A stretch of DNA of 57,847 bases, filler included, from Sluysia triapertura (Eukaryota), in NCBI GenBank assembly GCA_046118255.1. It is 4 parts of 4 records of this genome, joined end to end, with 100 filler letters (N's around TTAATTAATTAA, not from the genome) between each part and the next. Parts side by side here need not be neighbours in the genome. Positions count along the whole stretch, not along the records: positions 1 to 15,365 come from JBJNIA010230343.1; 3 more parts are not named here. One strand, written 5' to 3'. Of the stretch, positions 1-12,540 are shown piece after piece. The notes under the pieces are model-generated. The model was not told where the DNA came from, made no database searches, and worked only from the letters and a program-made list of their open reading frames with translations. A program made the position numbers and the translations under genes. Each line of letters opens with the position of its first letter. Position 1 is the stretch's first letter.

Positions 1-100
1 TCAAGCTGGATTAATTAAATTTTTAATTCATTTATTAACATCTAAAAATAAAAGTACTACAGGTGGTCAAGTACTTCGATACTACATATTACTTCTATAC

Positions 101-168
101 CAGTGGTGTCAAAGTGGCGGCCCATGGGCCGCTTGCGGCCCGTAAAGCAAAAAGGTTTGACACCACTG
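101..168. mobile_element. Minimal hAT (Charlie/Buster-type) MITE, 68 bp
   Basis: Perfect 13-bp TIR CAGTGGTGTCAAA (101-113) / TTTGACACCACTG (156-168); GC-rich GCGGCCC subterminal motifs. The 8-bp flanks (TTCTATAC / CCCTAAAT) are not an intact TSD. Confidence 0.75.
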
Positions 169-457
169 CCCTAAATCTTAGTTATAGTTATATTCAATAA
201 ATTATTTTTAATAGTGATTAAAAAATTAAATTAAAGATAGTTATTAAGTATTTTATTTAATGTATAAATAAAACGAGGTTTTGCAGAATTTCGATGAGAA
301 ATTCAAATCATTTATCAATACAAAATAATTAAATACAAAAAGAATGAATTTGAAATGTTTCGAGTATTTAAAGGAAAAATATTCAAAAGAAATCTTCACT
401 TGGTGATAAAAATTACCTAATCATTTTAACATTTAAATTATTGATATCATAACTTAC

Positions 458-663
458 TAATGCTTCTACGCCTAAGTCTATTTGCAACCATTCAGAATAG
501 GATTTGAATTTAGCACACCAACTGTTTCTATTTTTTAAATACAAACGTGCTTGATAAGCTTGACAATTTTTACGCCATGAACTCAATTCAGTAGATGAAG
601 CCGTCACTTGATCATCTTTAATATCTCCAGATATCATTCCAAGCGGACCCACATCTGTACAAT
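458..663 (-). CDS. Internal exon encoding the N-terminal half of a discoidin (F5/8 type C) domain
   Basis: DCTDVGPLGMISGDIKDDQVTASS...ARL...SWCAK...EWLQIDLG fits the F5/8C consensus. Acceptor ttatag| at 665-664 and donor |gtaagt at 457. Other exons not found. Confidence 0.85.
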
Positions 664-2975
664 CTATAATGAGAATTATTATTACTATTTTTAAAATTAA
701 AAATTTGTAATTTTTACTTATTAATTTTTGAGTAAAATTAGAAATTAGTAAAACATAATAATTAAAATAACGTAAAATCAATAATAAATGCATTATATAA
801 ATTAAATCTAAATTTCAAATCGAACAAAAAAGGAACTTAATTTGTTTAAAAAATTAATTAATTTTAGACTTTTCATCATAAATAATATTGTTACACAATT
901 CAGAATATTACTTGGCAATAATAAACATTGCAGAAACCAAAATTAATTTGCCTTTAAATAACAAATGATACAAAAATTATAAAATAAACGAAGTTATAAT
1001 CAATCAACTACCAGAGAATGTTTTAGGTAGTTCTTTCTGTTAAGAAACATTATGAAAGACTTAGCTGAAGTACGTATTTATATTAGATATTAGCGTTCTA
1101 ACTTTGGTATATTAATATATATATGAAATCTTTTTCATAAACTTATTCTGTCAAAACATAAATATTTCGATGATAAGCTCAACAATTGCCTACGAAATGG
1201 AATTTCAAGAGGTTATATTCATCTTTACATCAACTATAACTAGTAGTTCTCAAGATAGTATCATATCGTTCAGTGTTCCATTTTGAAAAGAATGTTTCTT
1301 AGCACCAGTTGCATATAAAATGATGTTTATTCTCATAAATTAAAATAATAAGCGGCTTAAAGTTCTTCAATCTTCATAATATCAGATTAACCATAAAATA
1401 ACAACAACAAATTTATAAATTTAAACTGAGGTAACACATAATTCTATGGATTATATACGCTATATTCTACTTACAAGTAAAAACATAATTAAACATTATT
1501 CTAACCTTAAAAAACTATGTTATATCACATAATTTAAAATTTCATTTTCATAACTGCTTCGTCATATCTTTGTCAACTTGTAAATGTTTATTTTTCTTGA
1601 TTTCTTTTCCCATAATTCCTTATTTTTCTAAAATTAACTAGTCATCAATAAATAGTTCTAACCACCCACTATGATTCAACTTTTATATTTATTAAATTTT
1701 GCAAATACAAATTTAATCTTATTTTGTTTATTTTATTTTAAATCAAATAAATTTAAAATCTAATCAAATTAAAATTTGATTTGATTAAAGATTGTTTGAA
1801 AAAATCGAAGTATAAATCAATCAGATGTCACCGTTTTTAAGTTTTGTCTTTTATCAAATACATATTGATCAATAATGTCAACTATTCTAATAATTCACAG
1901 ATGTTTTGTTATTGTTATAATAATAATAATATTATTATTATTATTAAGAAAATAATTTTATAATAAATAATTTAATTTTGTAGCTAATTAACAAAATATA
2001 AATCTTAAAAAATTTTAATAATAATAAATTAAAACGAATGTATCTTTGTAATTCAAAGGCAATGTAAAGTGGAACTAGCCGAACTCATTTATGATGTCAC
2101 GAAAGCCTAAGAATTTATTAAAATTGCGTACTAACGAACATAAACAGCTAATAAATGAGCAGATATGAATGTATAAATTAATTATCCAAACGACAAAAAT
2201 TTATTATTACATAGAAGAAATTCACCATATTATTTAGTTAATGCATTTGTCATATTAAATATATAGAAAAAATTTGGCATATAATAGAAATTAAACACAG
2301 AAAAATTGTTTCAAAATATAAATGAAAAATTTGTTGGCTTTAGAATCCAATGGAAAAACCTGTACGACGTAGAATTTTCCTCATGTCAATTCAAGTTGAT
2401 ATTACAAATTCGCGAAAACTATAGAAATTATAATTCTTATGTACTATTATTAAGTAATTTAAATAAAAATTGTAGATTTAGTCTTTATTTATATTATAAA
2501 GTTGTAAAATTTATAATTATATTATAATGTAATAAAATAATATTGATAGGTAATAATAATTATAATATTAAATAATAAAATTAATTTGAAATAATATTAA
2601 TAACAAAATTAACTAATATTTAAAAGTATTTATAATAATACTCTTAAATAAAATGACCTTTAAGGATCATAAGTCAAAAAATCTAAAATAAAATAAAAAT
2701 TCTAAAGCGGTATTTTGTATAAAAAAATTAAACAATAAAATGTTCTGAACAATTATATAATTCTGAATAATTACTTTTAACAATTATCAAGAATCTTTCA
2801 AAACCTCGAATAAATCTGATTTACTATATTTTTTCTGAAAATTAAATATGCATTAGTTCGTTTTTAAAAGTACAATAAAATGCAAGTAAAATCTTTTATT
2901 AAAGTTTTAAAAGAGCTTTCAAAGTCATAAAATCGCGTTAAACTTAACAAGAAATATAATCTTATGACTAAATTG

Positions 2976-5270
2976 GTGTGGTGGCCAACCTATTACTTTT
3001 AAAAAATTTTATTAAAAATTTTTCTGTTAAATACAACAAAATCACATTCACCTTCAAAATTTACAAAGTACATTTTAAAAACTCTCTAAAACATTTTTTC
3101 ACATAGCTTCATATCAACATAATCAAAATCATATTTTTTAACATCACACAATTACCTTTTAGAATATACCAAAATTTAGACTATAATTTATCTTCTTTAC
3201 ATTCACTAAACCACTCTCTTTTCAATGCAATTTTAAGTCACAATCTTCTAACATCCAAACATTACTTTCATGCTAAACATCAATGTATATTTAAAAATCT
3301 ACATAAAACATTTATATTTTATAAAACATTTATAAAATTTCATTGCAAATGCGTGACATTAATATCATAAGTTTACAATATCCTAATATTTAGCCTTTAG
3401 ACATTTAACTACTTCAAGTTAAAGAAATAGATTCCTAAATATGTTAAGAAATAATAAAATAAATAAAGAAAGTTCTTGTTAAGTATAAAAGATTTATGCA
3501 TTTATTAATAGTGATAATAATAATAAAATTATTACTATTACTATGACCATTTTTATTTCTCATTATTTTGTCTATCAAATTATTAACATTATAACTACCA
3601 CTATCAATTGTGACATCATCAATTCATATGTGCAGTTATCATCACTATTGATAGTGGTAGTGTGTCTATCTAAGCCTTTACATAATGCAGCTCAATCTAT
3701 CATCAATCGACAGACATTTAATTAATCAAGTTAATTCACTGCACACATACTAGCATTCTTCCTGTATATTGTATGTGCTGTCCAATCAAGACTACTAATA
3801 TTGCTTCATTATATTCTTTTGATTGGACAACCAATTGCAGTATGAAAAGGATTTACCAACAAATTTTTATGAGTATAATAAAATTATAAATTAAGCAGCC
3901 TCACACAACAGCAAAAAATTTATGATTGGCAATAATTATACTTATTGACAAAAAACTGATTTTTGAAAAATTTTTATCAAAAATTTTAGATATCAATTTA
4001 TGTGAAAAGATTGAAACATATTTTATGAATTCATTAAATACAAAAATAAACACAGTATACGGAATTTATATTACAGTTAAAATGTGAGGAATTACATGAT
4101 TTAACAAAAGATGATGAAATGTTATGTATTCCTGTAATTATAGATATGATTATTTCAATGCTAGACAACAATATGAGCTATTTTATTCACGTGAATGAAG
4201 TCGTTAAAAATACAATACAATAATTCTCCGGATTGTGTAAAAAGTAACGTTGTTAACTTAAGTCATAAGACTATATGTAAAAGAATATCATCCTTAACGT
4301 TCGTTTCAATATCAATTTTTACCAATTTTATGCATACAATTGATCAACCAACGGAACATGATCTAATTTCAAATAGGTTTCAGGATATCAATTACATTAG
4401 AGAGACCTTTTTTCCTAGTCGATATTTAATGATTCATGATGCGAGTGTTATATTGAGCGATCGATTACTTAAAGATACAGTGAGAATTCTACGAATGAAG
4501 TTTATTAATAAGTCTAAAAAGCACGACAAAAAGAAACTTAAACAAATACGAACTGTTCGATAGAATGTTATTATCACATTGAAAAGAAAATGGTTAACAT
4601 CGAAATAGTTGAACTGCCAACGTATAATCCGGATATTAATATTCGACAAGCTACAACACCAGTCGAAATTGTCAAGTCAATGCGTTATGATTTGTTTATG
4701 AATTCTAATTTGAATCAATATTATAAGACAGCTTTATACCCTTATGATACAAGCCAGTCAAGGCACGATATCGATTGTTCAAATCGATATTCCGTTGCAG
4801 AACTTGGTGATTTGGAAACAAACTGGGCAGTCTACCATAGTCACCGGAACCGTGTAAAAGACCTATTACAATCTATAGATGATTTTATTTTCAAACAATA
4901 AACACCAGCGGCGTCAGAAACAATACAACATGAAGAAATTCGATCAATTATAATGAAAGTAATTTATACACATTATTGTGATGATCTTAATTTGACTTTA
5001 TATTTTTATTTAGTAAATGAAGCATGGTTGAACATGGCATATTTAGGAAATTCAATTTGTATTCAAAAATTTAGAATTTTGAAATTATTCTTTTGTTATT
5101 TTTTAAATAATGGTATAATCAAGTTTAACTTAAAAATGATAAATAATTATAATTACATTTCATTATTAAATACATCACAATTGGAAATTTGACTAGAATT
5201 TACCATAAACTTTACATCAGTTCATACTAACTTACTTCCATAATTTTTATAACCAATTATTCTTTTATCA
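2976..5270 (+). repeat. Copy 1 of a duplicated unit: leader + decayed DEAD-derived gene + trailer (paralog of 46809-49360)
   Basis: Colinear shared blocks: GTGTRGTGRCCAACC (2976/46809), ACAACAAAATCACATT (3033/46853), CTACCACTATCAAT (3595/47715), CAACCAAT (3828/47871), TCATTAAA...GTATAC (4031/48020), AAAGTAA...TGATGA...TTTATTTAGT...ATGGCAT (4956-5040/49152-49241). End points approximate. Confidence 0.75.
4082..4901 (+). pseudogene. Highly diverged, frameshifted paralog of the DEAD-domain-1 fusion gene at 48067-49020
   Basis: Manual alignment with the 48 kb copy: IDQPTE/IDQLTE; IRETFFPSRYLMIHDASVILSDRLLKDTVRIL/IKEIFDSIQHLVIEKADKMMHYELDEETERVL; NKSKKHDKKKLKQIRTVR/NKRKQRNKKMIKRIQIWR; RVKDLLQSIDDFIF/RLDELQMILDQFLF. 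Broken by stops and frameshifts. Confidence 0.7.
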
Positions 5271-8200
5271 AAACCTTGTGAACGACTCATTAAGTGTGTA
5301 AGACTCGGATCACAGACGAACTCAATAAGTTAAATTATTTATGATTGTAGATCAATTAATAATAGTGATTCTTTGGATTTTAATTTTGCTAAAACTAATT
5401 ACAAAATTTTCAAACACGAAACAACATACTAAGTTTATTAAAGAATTTATTAGTTGTCAAAATTGTAAATTTTATCATAAAATTTGACTTAATTTTATTT
5501 GAAGTAAAACTTAATTTTATAAAAATTTATATTGTTTTCTTTCCTTTTAAGGTACAAAAAATCTTCAAAATGTTTCAAAATTCTAAAAAAACATTTACAT
5601 AACAATACACAATCAAAATTACAAATCAAAAGAAACAAATTTAATTCATTTTTTGTATTAATCTATTATTTTTGTTTTAATAATGGTCTCAAAATTCACT
5701 CATTTATTTATTCGATTTTAAACAGAAAAATGTTGAAATTGTTATGATTTGCGCTATTTTGTAAGACAATTATGTATAATTTCTATGATGAACATCCGAA
5801 TTTAGAATTTAATCGAAGAAATTCAAATTTTATATAATTTTAAAAGTTATGTACATTTATGTTTAGGTAATAACAAAAAATTAAAAAATAAACATCATTA
5901 CTAATTGGTTAACATTTGCCGAAAAATGCAGTAATTGTGTTATGGATATTTATGTAATCGTTAATAAATCAGATTGAAATATGTGCAATATTCATTATAT
6001 TATGTGTGACTATTATTATTTTACAAATTATTTGTACTTTTAATAATAGAATTAAGAATAAGTTAGATATAAAAGTAAATTCAGAATATAGTACACATGT
6101 GATAGAAATGAAAGATGTATAACGTCTCTTACAGAACTTTAGATAATGTACGACTAAATTCAAAAGTTTTAATCACTGCAGGTTACCCTTTAAACTGAAT
6201 AGTAAGATTTTAAAATTCATATTTAATATGATCTGTATTTTGAATAATCTCAAAGTGGTCAATGAGTGTAGTATGAAATTTAAGCGTGCATTAAAAACTT
6301 TTAGTGATTTAGTAAATCCAACTAATGCTTATATTGGTTGCAAAATAAAATAAGAAGTTAGAAATGTTACAGCTTCTTGTTATTATTATGATTTTACGAT
6401 ATTAAGTTTAATAAAGAAAGACGTTATTGTAAAATAAGCGATGATTTATAACTTTGGTGACTGAAGCAGACAAATTTGTGTTATATTCATAAAAATAAGA
6501 ATTTTATTTTGTTTCAAGCTAATAAATGCAAAATAAAGAACACAATGTAATAATTTTTCTGTTCTAGTATGACATCCATTTTTCTTTAAGGCAGCAGTTT
6601 TCTGTTAACATATTGTGATAGTTTTTTTATTGGTGTGAATATATAGAGAAAAGGATCTATAGACCAAGCGAAATAATAATTATAAGACATTAAATATTCA
6701 GAAATTATAATCGATGTGATCGAATATTTCAAATGAATTGAAATTTCGCAAATGGTTAAGTAATTTGAGTAATGAATAAGTACAATATCATTAATGAACC
6801 TTAACGTTGTTGGATGTGTCATCGACAGCCTTCTGATGAAGGACTTTATTTATGATTAATCGAAAAATAAACTAGAATTTAATTTGAAGTGAACTCTCAT
6901 TAGTACATTAATCTTATATTCATTAATCATTATTCTAAATTATATTCATATATTTCTTTTTCTATCTTTACACAGTTTAACTGTGGTGTGATCTTTTATA
7001 AAAGTGAACAGTTTTTAAAAATTGATAAGCTTTATTTCAGCTTTAACACTAATTAATCGAACTTGGTAGGAATTTATTTCAATTCCCATGACTAATTTTA
7101 ATTCATCTTTCAAAAACTTCAGTATTATTTTAAAACTGAATTTAAATTCTTTATGAAATTTTATCTTGCACATTGAAGATCCACTTTGAGTATAATCAAA
7201 AAATATTAAAGACCATTATGAATTTGTTTAAGTAAATTAAGCATAAAAATCAACTTAATTAAAAAAATCTTTAGATTATAACATGTTTATTTACGACTTT
7301 ATGATATAACATTAGTTTCATCATTAACATCGTACTTTATAATTAGTGTAACTACAGTTTGGTGAATAAGATCTTTAGAAGCCGAGTATGTGTTCTGGCC
7401 ATATTTTCATGACTAATTTATAACTGCATCAAATCATCAAGCAGAACATTCTGAAAACCATTACGAACATAAAACTCTGTTTTTTTATCAATCTTTCTTT
7501 AGTACCCTTACATATGGTAATATTAGAAATATGACCATGAAGAATCAATTTCTTAATCCACTTTGTTACAGTTAATTCAAATGATCCAAAAAAATATTGA
7601 ATTAGACATTATATTGCAGTCACCACTCTTAAAACAATAAAAATTATGATTTCCAGACACATCGGCATAACAATTATATTTTACTTCATGTACAATCTAT
7701 GTCACCAATTCATTTTCAATTACTGTAATGGAGACAAAGTTTTGCAACCAACTCATTCTTCATTGGTACACATGCTGACATTTTGTGAATGTTGCCAAGT
7801 ATGACAACATAATGATGATAATGATGATAACGTTAAAGTTGTAAAAAAAATAAATAATTTTGTGCGAACTAACAAAAATAAACTTTAAAGCCAATTATAA
7901 AATATTTTAAATTAATTAAGTTTAATTAATTAATTAAAATATTTTCTTAACATCATCGTCATTATTATAATTATAATTATAATTATAATAATTATTATTA
8001 TAGGACTTCGATAATTATTTAGATATTTTCCTTTAAAAATGTGAAATATCCAATGTTTTTATAATGATTATTTAAATAAATCTGATCTTTTTATTACCAG
8101 AAATAATTTTCATATTTAATTGGTTTAAGTAAATAAATATTAAAAATTTCTATTTGTCTTTTTGAATTTAAAAATTTTTACACATTTGTAGTACTTAGTT

Positions 8201-11200
8201 ATTATACATACTAAACATGGATTTGTTAATAATCCTTTGCATGAATAAGAAATATTTTGCATCAAAATTGTTTCAACAAACAGAATCAATGAATTGCAAA
8301 ATCGAAATATTATTACAATTTTTAAAGATTAGGTAGACTTTTCGAATTTCAAAAAAAACCTTAAGTATAGTGTCTATATGTTTAGAATGCGATATCATCA
8401 CTAAAATTGTTGCTTTTCAGAAATAATTCCATTTTCATACACAATAATAAAAAAACATAAATCATAACAGATGTAGTTAATATCTTTCAAGTATTAAATT
8501 ATTTTAATATCATAAATAGATGTAATTACTTTTTATATTTAAAATGATTTAATTTGTTAAACATATATACATACTAATTTATATATGTAATAGATATAAA
8601 TGTTATTCAAATTCCATACAAAAGTATTTATCCAGAGCACATTTTTAAACATTGTTCTTGAAATAATTTGATTTACATGTTAAATCCAATACACATCGAC
8701 ACTATAGATTTTTATAACAATTTAGTGTTATTTAAATAAATTTATTTTCCTTGAAAATAAGTCACAAAAAAATATTCAAAAATTTAACATCACAAAATAT
8801 AATTAAATAATTAGTTTTAAAATAATATTAATTAAATATTTTCAATAAAATTAATTACGTAGTATAAAGCATAGATCTACATTTTAATATAGCTAAATCA
8901 AAAAATATATTCAATAACAGGTACACGCATCAAAGTTAACATACTTAATTACAAAACTAAAGAAAATTTAAAGTTAAATCTCTAGATTAACTATTGTTTA
9001 ACTATAATATTACTCTTCAAGTTATATTTATATTTAATTATGAGTACCATTGAAGCTATCGACATCATTAAAACGTATAATATTTCAAGATTCAAATGTT
9101 TATGCTGAGCACATTAAAGTATTGATCTATCAGTGTTGTACTTAAATTTAGTTAAACAAAATAACATGACTGACGTTGATGTGAAATTGTCATAAAATAT
9201 TAATACAATCTACTAAAGTAGAAAATGTGCTTGTATGGTTTTCATATTAATATATATATATAATATGATAATTATGATACCTAAATAATTTCAAGGACAC
9301 ACGTTTATTTAATAAACATCGTTGAGTAACCTTAGTTTGGAAATCAGTTTAAAATATCACGTGTTGATATGTTATACTTAGTGATTTAAGAAATTAACGT
9401 TTTATTATTATTATTATGTACTACAATTCAATGTATATTTTTATTTTACTTCGCTTAAGATTAAAATTAATAAACATATTTTTATTTTGATTATTTATAG
9501 ATAAATTTGGCACTACACATCAAACAAAACAAAATTAAATTTTCCCGATAGGTACCTAGTAATTGTTGTAATAGTACATATTGTAAATTATAATAGACAT
9601 TAAGTAAATATATGTGGTTTACTTCTGATTGTCAACTATTCATGTAGGCCACTTTAATTATTTGAATATTATTAAAACAAAATAGCATTATGTAAAAATT
9701 AAACTTTATATAAAATGTGTATAAAATAATAGTGAAAGAAATAATATTTTTTGAAGTTATTTATCATTAATGTGATTTAAACATTAGTAAATTACATTAT
9801 ACATTGTAATTTAATGTGATATTTACTAATCCACTGGAAAATTAATTAATATGGATAATTAAAAGAAGTTTGCTATTATCAATCAATGCCAGTGGTTCAA
9901 TTGACCAAAACTTTATTATCTTAAATTGTGTATATTTAATAATAGAAAAAACTAATTATAACTTTAATTACAATGATTTTTAAAATTTTTGATTAACGAT
10001 GATATAATTAAGATATTTTTGCATAAATTAATGCTTAGATTTATATACTAACATTATTTAAAAATGAAATTAACAAAATTTGTTTTAAATATTGTTAACT
10101 AGTTTAATTTTATTAATAATTAGCTTGTAACTTTAAAATAATTATTTTTCATTGAATAATTTGTTTAATAATTTGTATTTTTGGTGATACTGGCATTCCA
10201 AATAAAGATCAACCAAAACAATCTATATAGACAATCATTTCTGGAAACTTTACTCATATTAGTACATTTTATTCAATTTAAATATACAATCAATAATCAT
10301 ATAGAAATTGCACGAATTGAACGATTTTAAAAGTTGCAAGATTTGAATTTTTTGGTAAAATGTGACAAAAAGTGTAAAAATTACAGTAATAAAAACTTGA
10401 AATTCATGAATCAAAGGTATCATTGATTACATTATGCTAAACGACAAGCATTAATCATTATAATTATTCAGAAAAAGGCTGTCTTGTTGATTCAATCTAT
10501 GATTAAGAAATTTTCAAACTGGTTTTGAAGTCCTGCATAATAAACTATCTTAATGATGCAATTTATTTTTAACACCCGATCCATTTTAACAAAGAATATT
10601 CAGATATATAAATTATATAAATTTAGAACGAATAAGATGCTTAAACTATGAGAGAAATTGTATACAGTTAGATAAAAGTTTATCATTTTTGTCAAAAATT
10701 GAAACTTCCAAATATTTTAATTGGTAAGGTAAAGTAATCCACAACTATGTAATATATTGATCTATCTTCAATAATCAGAAGTCACTCAACATTTTTAATT
10801 GATTAAAGTATATATAATATTGTATTGAAGAGACAAATGTAGTTGGACTCTTTTTACTGGGATATCATTAATGTATCTTAAAATAAATTTTAGCTTCAAT
10901 TTAGCGAAATATGAAATAGAGTGAACTTTATTTGATTAACTTTTTGCATTAATTCTTAAAGAATGAATATTTCCAAAAGTAAATTTTACCAAAAACTTGA
11001 TTTTATCTATATCTGAATAATTTTTTGTCTTCAAAGTTTCAATCTTTTCCACATTTTCTCAATGAATGTATACTTTCCATATATTTAAGTCAGAATTAAA
11101 AATATTAATAAAAGCTTTCAATAAAGTTTAAGGTTTCTTATTTCTTTTGTTATTAGTTTCAGCTGTAGCACAAAATAATAATAATTCTGATCACTCTGTT

Positions 11201-11940
11201 CAGTTATAACAATGTTCAGCTATAAATAAATAATGTTAAATCCAATTTAATAATATAAAATAAACAAAAAAATTATACATGAAATCTAAAAATTGATATA
11301 AATTCAACAGAATTTTTATTCATTTACATCATTAAAATTAACGAATTAAATAGTTGAATAAGAAAACTTTTGTATTTGTTAAATATATATACTTTACTAA
11401 TCCTTCGAAAATTAATGGGTTATATTATTATAAAATACTACTTTAAAAATATGTAATCAGTTATTAATATATTTGTGCAGAAAACAACTCGATATTTAAA
11501 TGTTTTGTTTGTTTTATTGTTGCTTACTTGATACATCATTTAGTAGTGCCATAAAGTGCCAACAAATTGTGTAAACAATTAAATAAATTCTACGAATACT
11601 ACTTTCAATATTTGAATGAAATTAGATTAATTCATGCTACATTTGGTATTTAATTGTATCATCGTTTGCACCCATTTTATTTATATATAGATATAGTGCT
11701 TATTCGCATTTTTTAAATTTCATTGAAACCTTAAAATTATTGTTCAACAAAAAATATTGCAAGGTATATCCCGTTTAAAAGTATAAAACACCCATATTTT
11801 AGCTTTATATACAAACAATTTATATTATAACAAATTAACAATACTATTTAATAAATAAAACACGAATAAACTATTCCTTATTTCCAATTTTAGTACACTT
11901 TTAATTACTATATTGAATTTAGTTAAATAAATTTCGTTTC

Positions 11941-12540
11941 GAAAGTATAGGACACATTGAACAAACTGTTTATTTAAGAGGCTGTACAACGTATTGTACA
12001 AAATTAGTACTTTATTGATGTTCCTGAGTTTTTCATAAGCTTTACACCCTTCTTGTAATCGAATTAATCAATCTTATCCCAAGCATCCAATATTGTATTT
12101 TTTAACTCAAAAAATGGGAAAGTAATGCAAGTATTGCCAACAAGTTAAACAGATCAAGATATGCGATATCCATTTATTTGGATAATAGTTATAAAAGGCA
12201 ATGGAAACAATTTGTGCGTCCTAAGTCACTTACCAATCATCAGAAAAGGAGTTTAATAAGGTATGCGAAAAATGAAGCACTGTCTACAACTCGCAATGAA
12301 GTAAAACAACAGTATGGAGAATATTAAAAAATAGTGGTGAGGTTGAATTCATTAAAAAACTTGCTAAACCTCTACTTATACTGATGCTCATAAAATAGCG
12401 AGAATTAACTTTGCCGAAGATAATATTAATAACCACACTGATTGGACTAAAATATTTCTTTTGAATCCTGTAGATGATGCCAATAATATTTATAACCATC
12501 AGGACCATCCAAATTAAATTTCTTCTCATCTGAGAATATT
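11941..12540 (-). mobile_element. Tc3-like (Tc1/mariner) transposase relic
   Basis: Minus strand 12536-12471 reads FSDEKKFNLDGPDGYKYYWHHL, the Tc3 first-Asp motif. Further on: ELKNTILDAWDKID and terminal GTSIKY*. Internally deleted and frameshifted. Confidence 0.85.

Noticed and set aside
2109-2150. KNLLKLRTNEHK, like the Penelope GIY-YIG motif
   Set aside because: Too short, with no supporting motifs
4082-4901. Idea that the 3 kb and 47 kb leaders carry two unrelated cargo genes
   Set aside because: Manual alignment shows the two coding regions are homologous along their length
6833-6870. CTGATGA ... GAAA hammerhead-like spacing
   Set aside because: No credible stem II or stem III pairing
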